Of a stretch of 64,000 nt of DNA, positions 62,371 through 64,000 are shown piece after piece (positions within the stretch are counted from its first letter, which is position 1; each line of letters opens with the position of its first letter). The stretch is from Naegleria gruberi. Its lineage: Eukaryota. Where the stretch lies: NCBI GenBank assembly GCA_000004985.1, contig GG738859.1; one strand, given 5' to 3'. The notes below the pieces were generated by a model. The model had not been told where the DNA came from, searched no databases, and saw only the letters and a list, made by a program, of their open reading frames with translations. The position numbers were made by a program, and so were the translations under genes.

Positions 62371-64000
62371 CTAGGTCTTTTTCACTGTCTTGCTCAAAAA
62401 ACTGAGAGTTGGTCTCATTAATCTACTACCACTATTACTTGGAGAATTTCCACTCTGAGAGGATCCACCTGATTTAGTTAGTGTTCTCTTACTATTGAGA
62501 CTGGAAGAAAGGTCATTTGTTGATTGTTGCTTATTCAACGTTGAGGATGCTGTTCCACCGAAACTAGATCTTAGTGTAGTCCTTTCGGCTGCATTAACGT
62601 AAACTCCTGAATTTTCTTCTTCATCTTTTGGTCTGCTCTTAGGTGCTGAAGAAGGTCTCTTTTTACCATTTCCACTAATATCATTCTTAAGGGTACTACT
62701 AATGGTTGGTTGATGTAAAGTTGAGGACATTGGTCTGGTGAGAGATGTCCTGGTTACACTAGGTGAAATTGACCTCTTTTCTCGTGTGGTTGTTCCTGAG
62801 GTCTTTACGAAAAGAGGAGCATCTGTGGCAAGAGATCCTGTATATGAGTAATTAGTGGTATTTTCAGCGTCAACTTGCTTGGAGAGTCTATGATTCAAAT
62901 TAGAATAGGTTGTTACGGTTGCATTTGACGATTCAGTATTATTTTCTGGTTCGCTTCTCTTAGGTGGAGTTGGTTTTCTGAATTTCATTGGAGCATGAGA
63001 CACTGGAGTCTTTGGAGTACTTGAGTTTGTTGAAAACGAACTTGGTCTTCTTCTTCCCGAGTTGTTTAAAGAGTTGTTATTAGAATTTAAGGCTGTGCTC
63101 ATATTTGTTGAATGTTGCATTGAGGAAACTTGAGTAATTGGCTTTTTCTTCTTCTTCTTTTTAATGTCATCCTCAACATCAATGCTTGCAATGGAGCTTC
63201 TTTCAGAAAAACTATCTGAAATATTATCCTTTGCAACAAGTGGTTTTGGATCCATTGTGGGCATTGGTTGTTTTAACACAGGAGTAAATAAAGTTGCTGG
63301 CAAATTATTCTTTGCCTCTGGTCCTGTCAAAATTTGGAGTCCATCATTGTCACAAGAATCATCCAATGAATTAGTTTCCGGATCAATTAAAGTTAAACTT
63401 CTTGGTTTAGCATCCATAATTCTTGGTATTTCTTTAGGTTTTATACTAGGAATTTCTTTCACTGGTTCAGTGACAGTTTGTGGGACCACTTGTTGAGGGA
63501 TCACATCTTGACTTGGATTTGAAGGACTTGAGCTATTTGATGATGTTCCTGATGTTGAAGGATTGGTATTATTAATGTTAGATGATGTTACTGTTGTTGG
63601 AATTTGGTTGTTAGAAGGAATTGTTGGAGAATTTTGAGTGAGGATTGGTTGAATTGTTTCAGTTTGTTGTATTGGAATTTGAACCTGTTGAGGTAACAAC
63701 TTTACTCTAAGGATTCCTTTAATTGGAACTCGTTCCTTTGTTTTAGGATCAACTGTTGATACCATATGTCTACTTCCCGGCGGCTCCTCTCTCAGTGATA
63801 TTGTGAGCTTTTTCCTCATATTCTTCTTTGGTGGAGGTGGCAAAGGTTCTGTCAAAGGCAAACTATTCAAGTACTGATAAAGTTGTATTATTCAAATAAA
63901 ATTGGGTACATACTGTATTTTTCAAAAGTAATTGATGAATTTCCTCTTCAGTACTGGAAGGAAGATCTACTGAAAATATATCCTTAGTTGCATTGTTTTT
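62371..64000 (-). CDS. S/T/P/N-rich protein of unknown function; partial, 5' end beyond the window
   Basis: The exon 63873..62371 is the ORF-track 499-aa ORF extended by one codon, because the track start is a TTG. A 40-nt intron at 63874..63913 (GTATGT…TTATCAG) precedes it. A partial upstream exon at 63914..64000 (…KNNATKDIFSVDLPSSTEEEIHQLLLKNT) is in phase. The protein is low-complexity with a poly-K tract. Confidence 0.5.

Noticed and set aside
1-64000. Ciliate or other non-standard genetic-code origin, suggested by the AT-rich sequence and axonemal dynein
   Set aside because: TAA and TAG act as genuine stops at the conserved C-termini of B55, RPS26, GatB, the dynein heavy chain and others. 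No conserved ORF requires them to be read through.

Overview
This 64-kb window is AT-rich nuclear DNA from a gene-dense eukaryote that uses the standard genetic code and has many short spliceosomal introns, 38–185 nt long. Donor sites are GTAAGT, GTATGT or GTAGGT (GTTAGT/GTTGGT in the dynein gene), and acceptors are YAG preceded by T-rich tracts. The gene content points to a flagellated unicellular organism, because three axonemal-type genes sit here: an inner-arm dynein heavy chain, a Tctex-1 dynein light chain and a ULK4 kinase. Low-complexity N/S/T-rich tracts are common, and several proteins carry mitochondrial presequences. Together these would fit an early-diverging zoosporic-fungus-like or protist lineage, but the taxon cannot be fixed from sequence alone.

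I can support about 37 protein-coding genes and one intron-containing tRNA-Tyr. The genes recognised by homology, in window order, are:
- Tctex-1 dynein light chain
- Glomulin-like protein
- PRM10/ThrE-like transporter
- class-3 lipase
- SART1/Snu66
- an endonuclease/exonuclease/phosphatase (EEP)-family phosphodiesterase
- an RGS-domain protein
- ERI1-like exonuclease
- an F-box/zinc-finger/chromodomain protein
- ABCB half-transporter
- LETM1
- PAK kinase
- a Myb/SANT protein
- ULK4
- GatB
- CLEC16A
- PP2A-B55
- RPS26
- a DNAH7/12-like inner-arm dynein heavy chain
- Mut7-C nuclease
- PARP16-like ADP-ribosyltransferase
- Neugrin/Rrg9-like protein

Many gene models needed manual intron reconstruction across the ORF-track fragments; the reconstructed intron coordinates are given in the features. 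Several genes are only partly resolved: the dynein start is uncertain, and the first and last genes run off the window.

The main things worth a second look are these:
- Intergenic spacing is extremely small. Convergent genes have stop codons 0–13 bp apart, divergent genes have start codons 27–39 bp apart, and head-to-tail genes are 18–92 bp apart, which would fit operon-like units.
- A 6-nt micro-exon encodes the AP of the kinase APE motif in PAK.
- Introns of 38–43 nt are frequent, and two of them produce artefacts in the ORF track: one looks like a frameshift in CLEC16A, and one is read through in frame inside the dynein heavy chain.
- A small ORF consists of six tandem 13-residue repeats, consensus VDSxYDxDxKIxF, and matches nothing I recognise.
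- A GC-richer island and a tandem repeat lie in two bidirectional promoters.
- A 1.4-kb stretch has ordinary base composition but no confident ORF.
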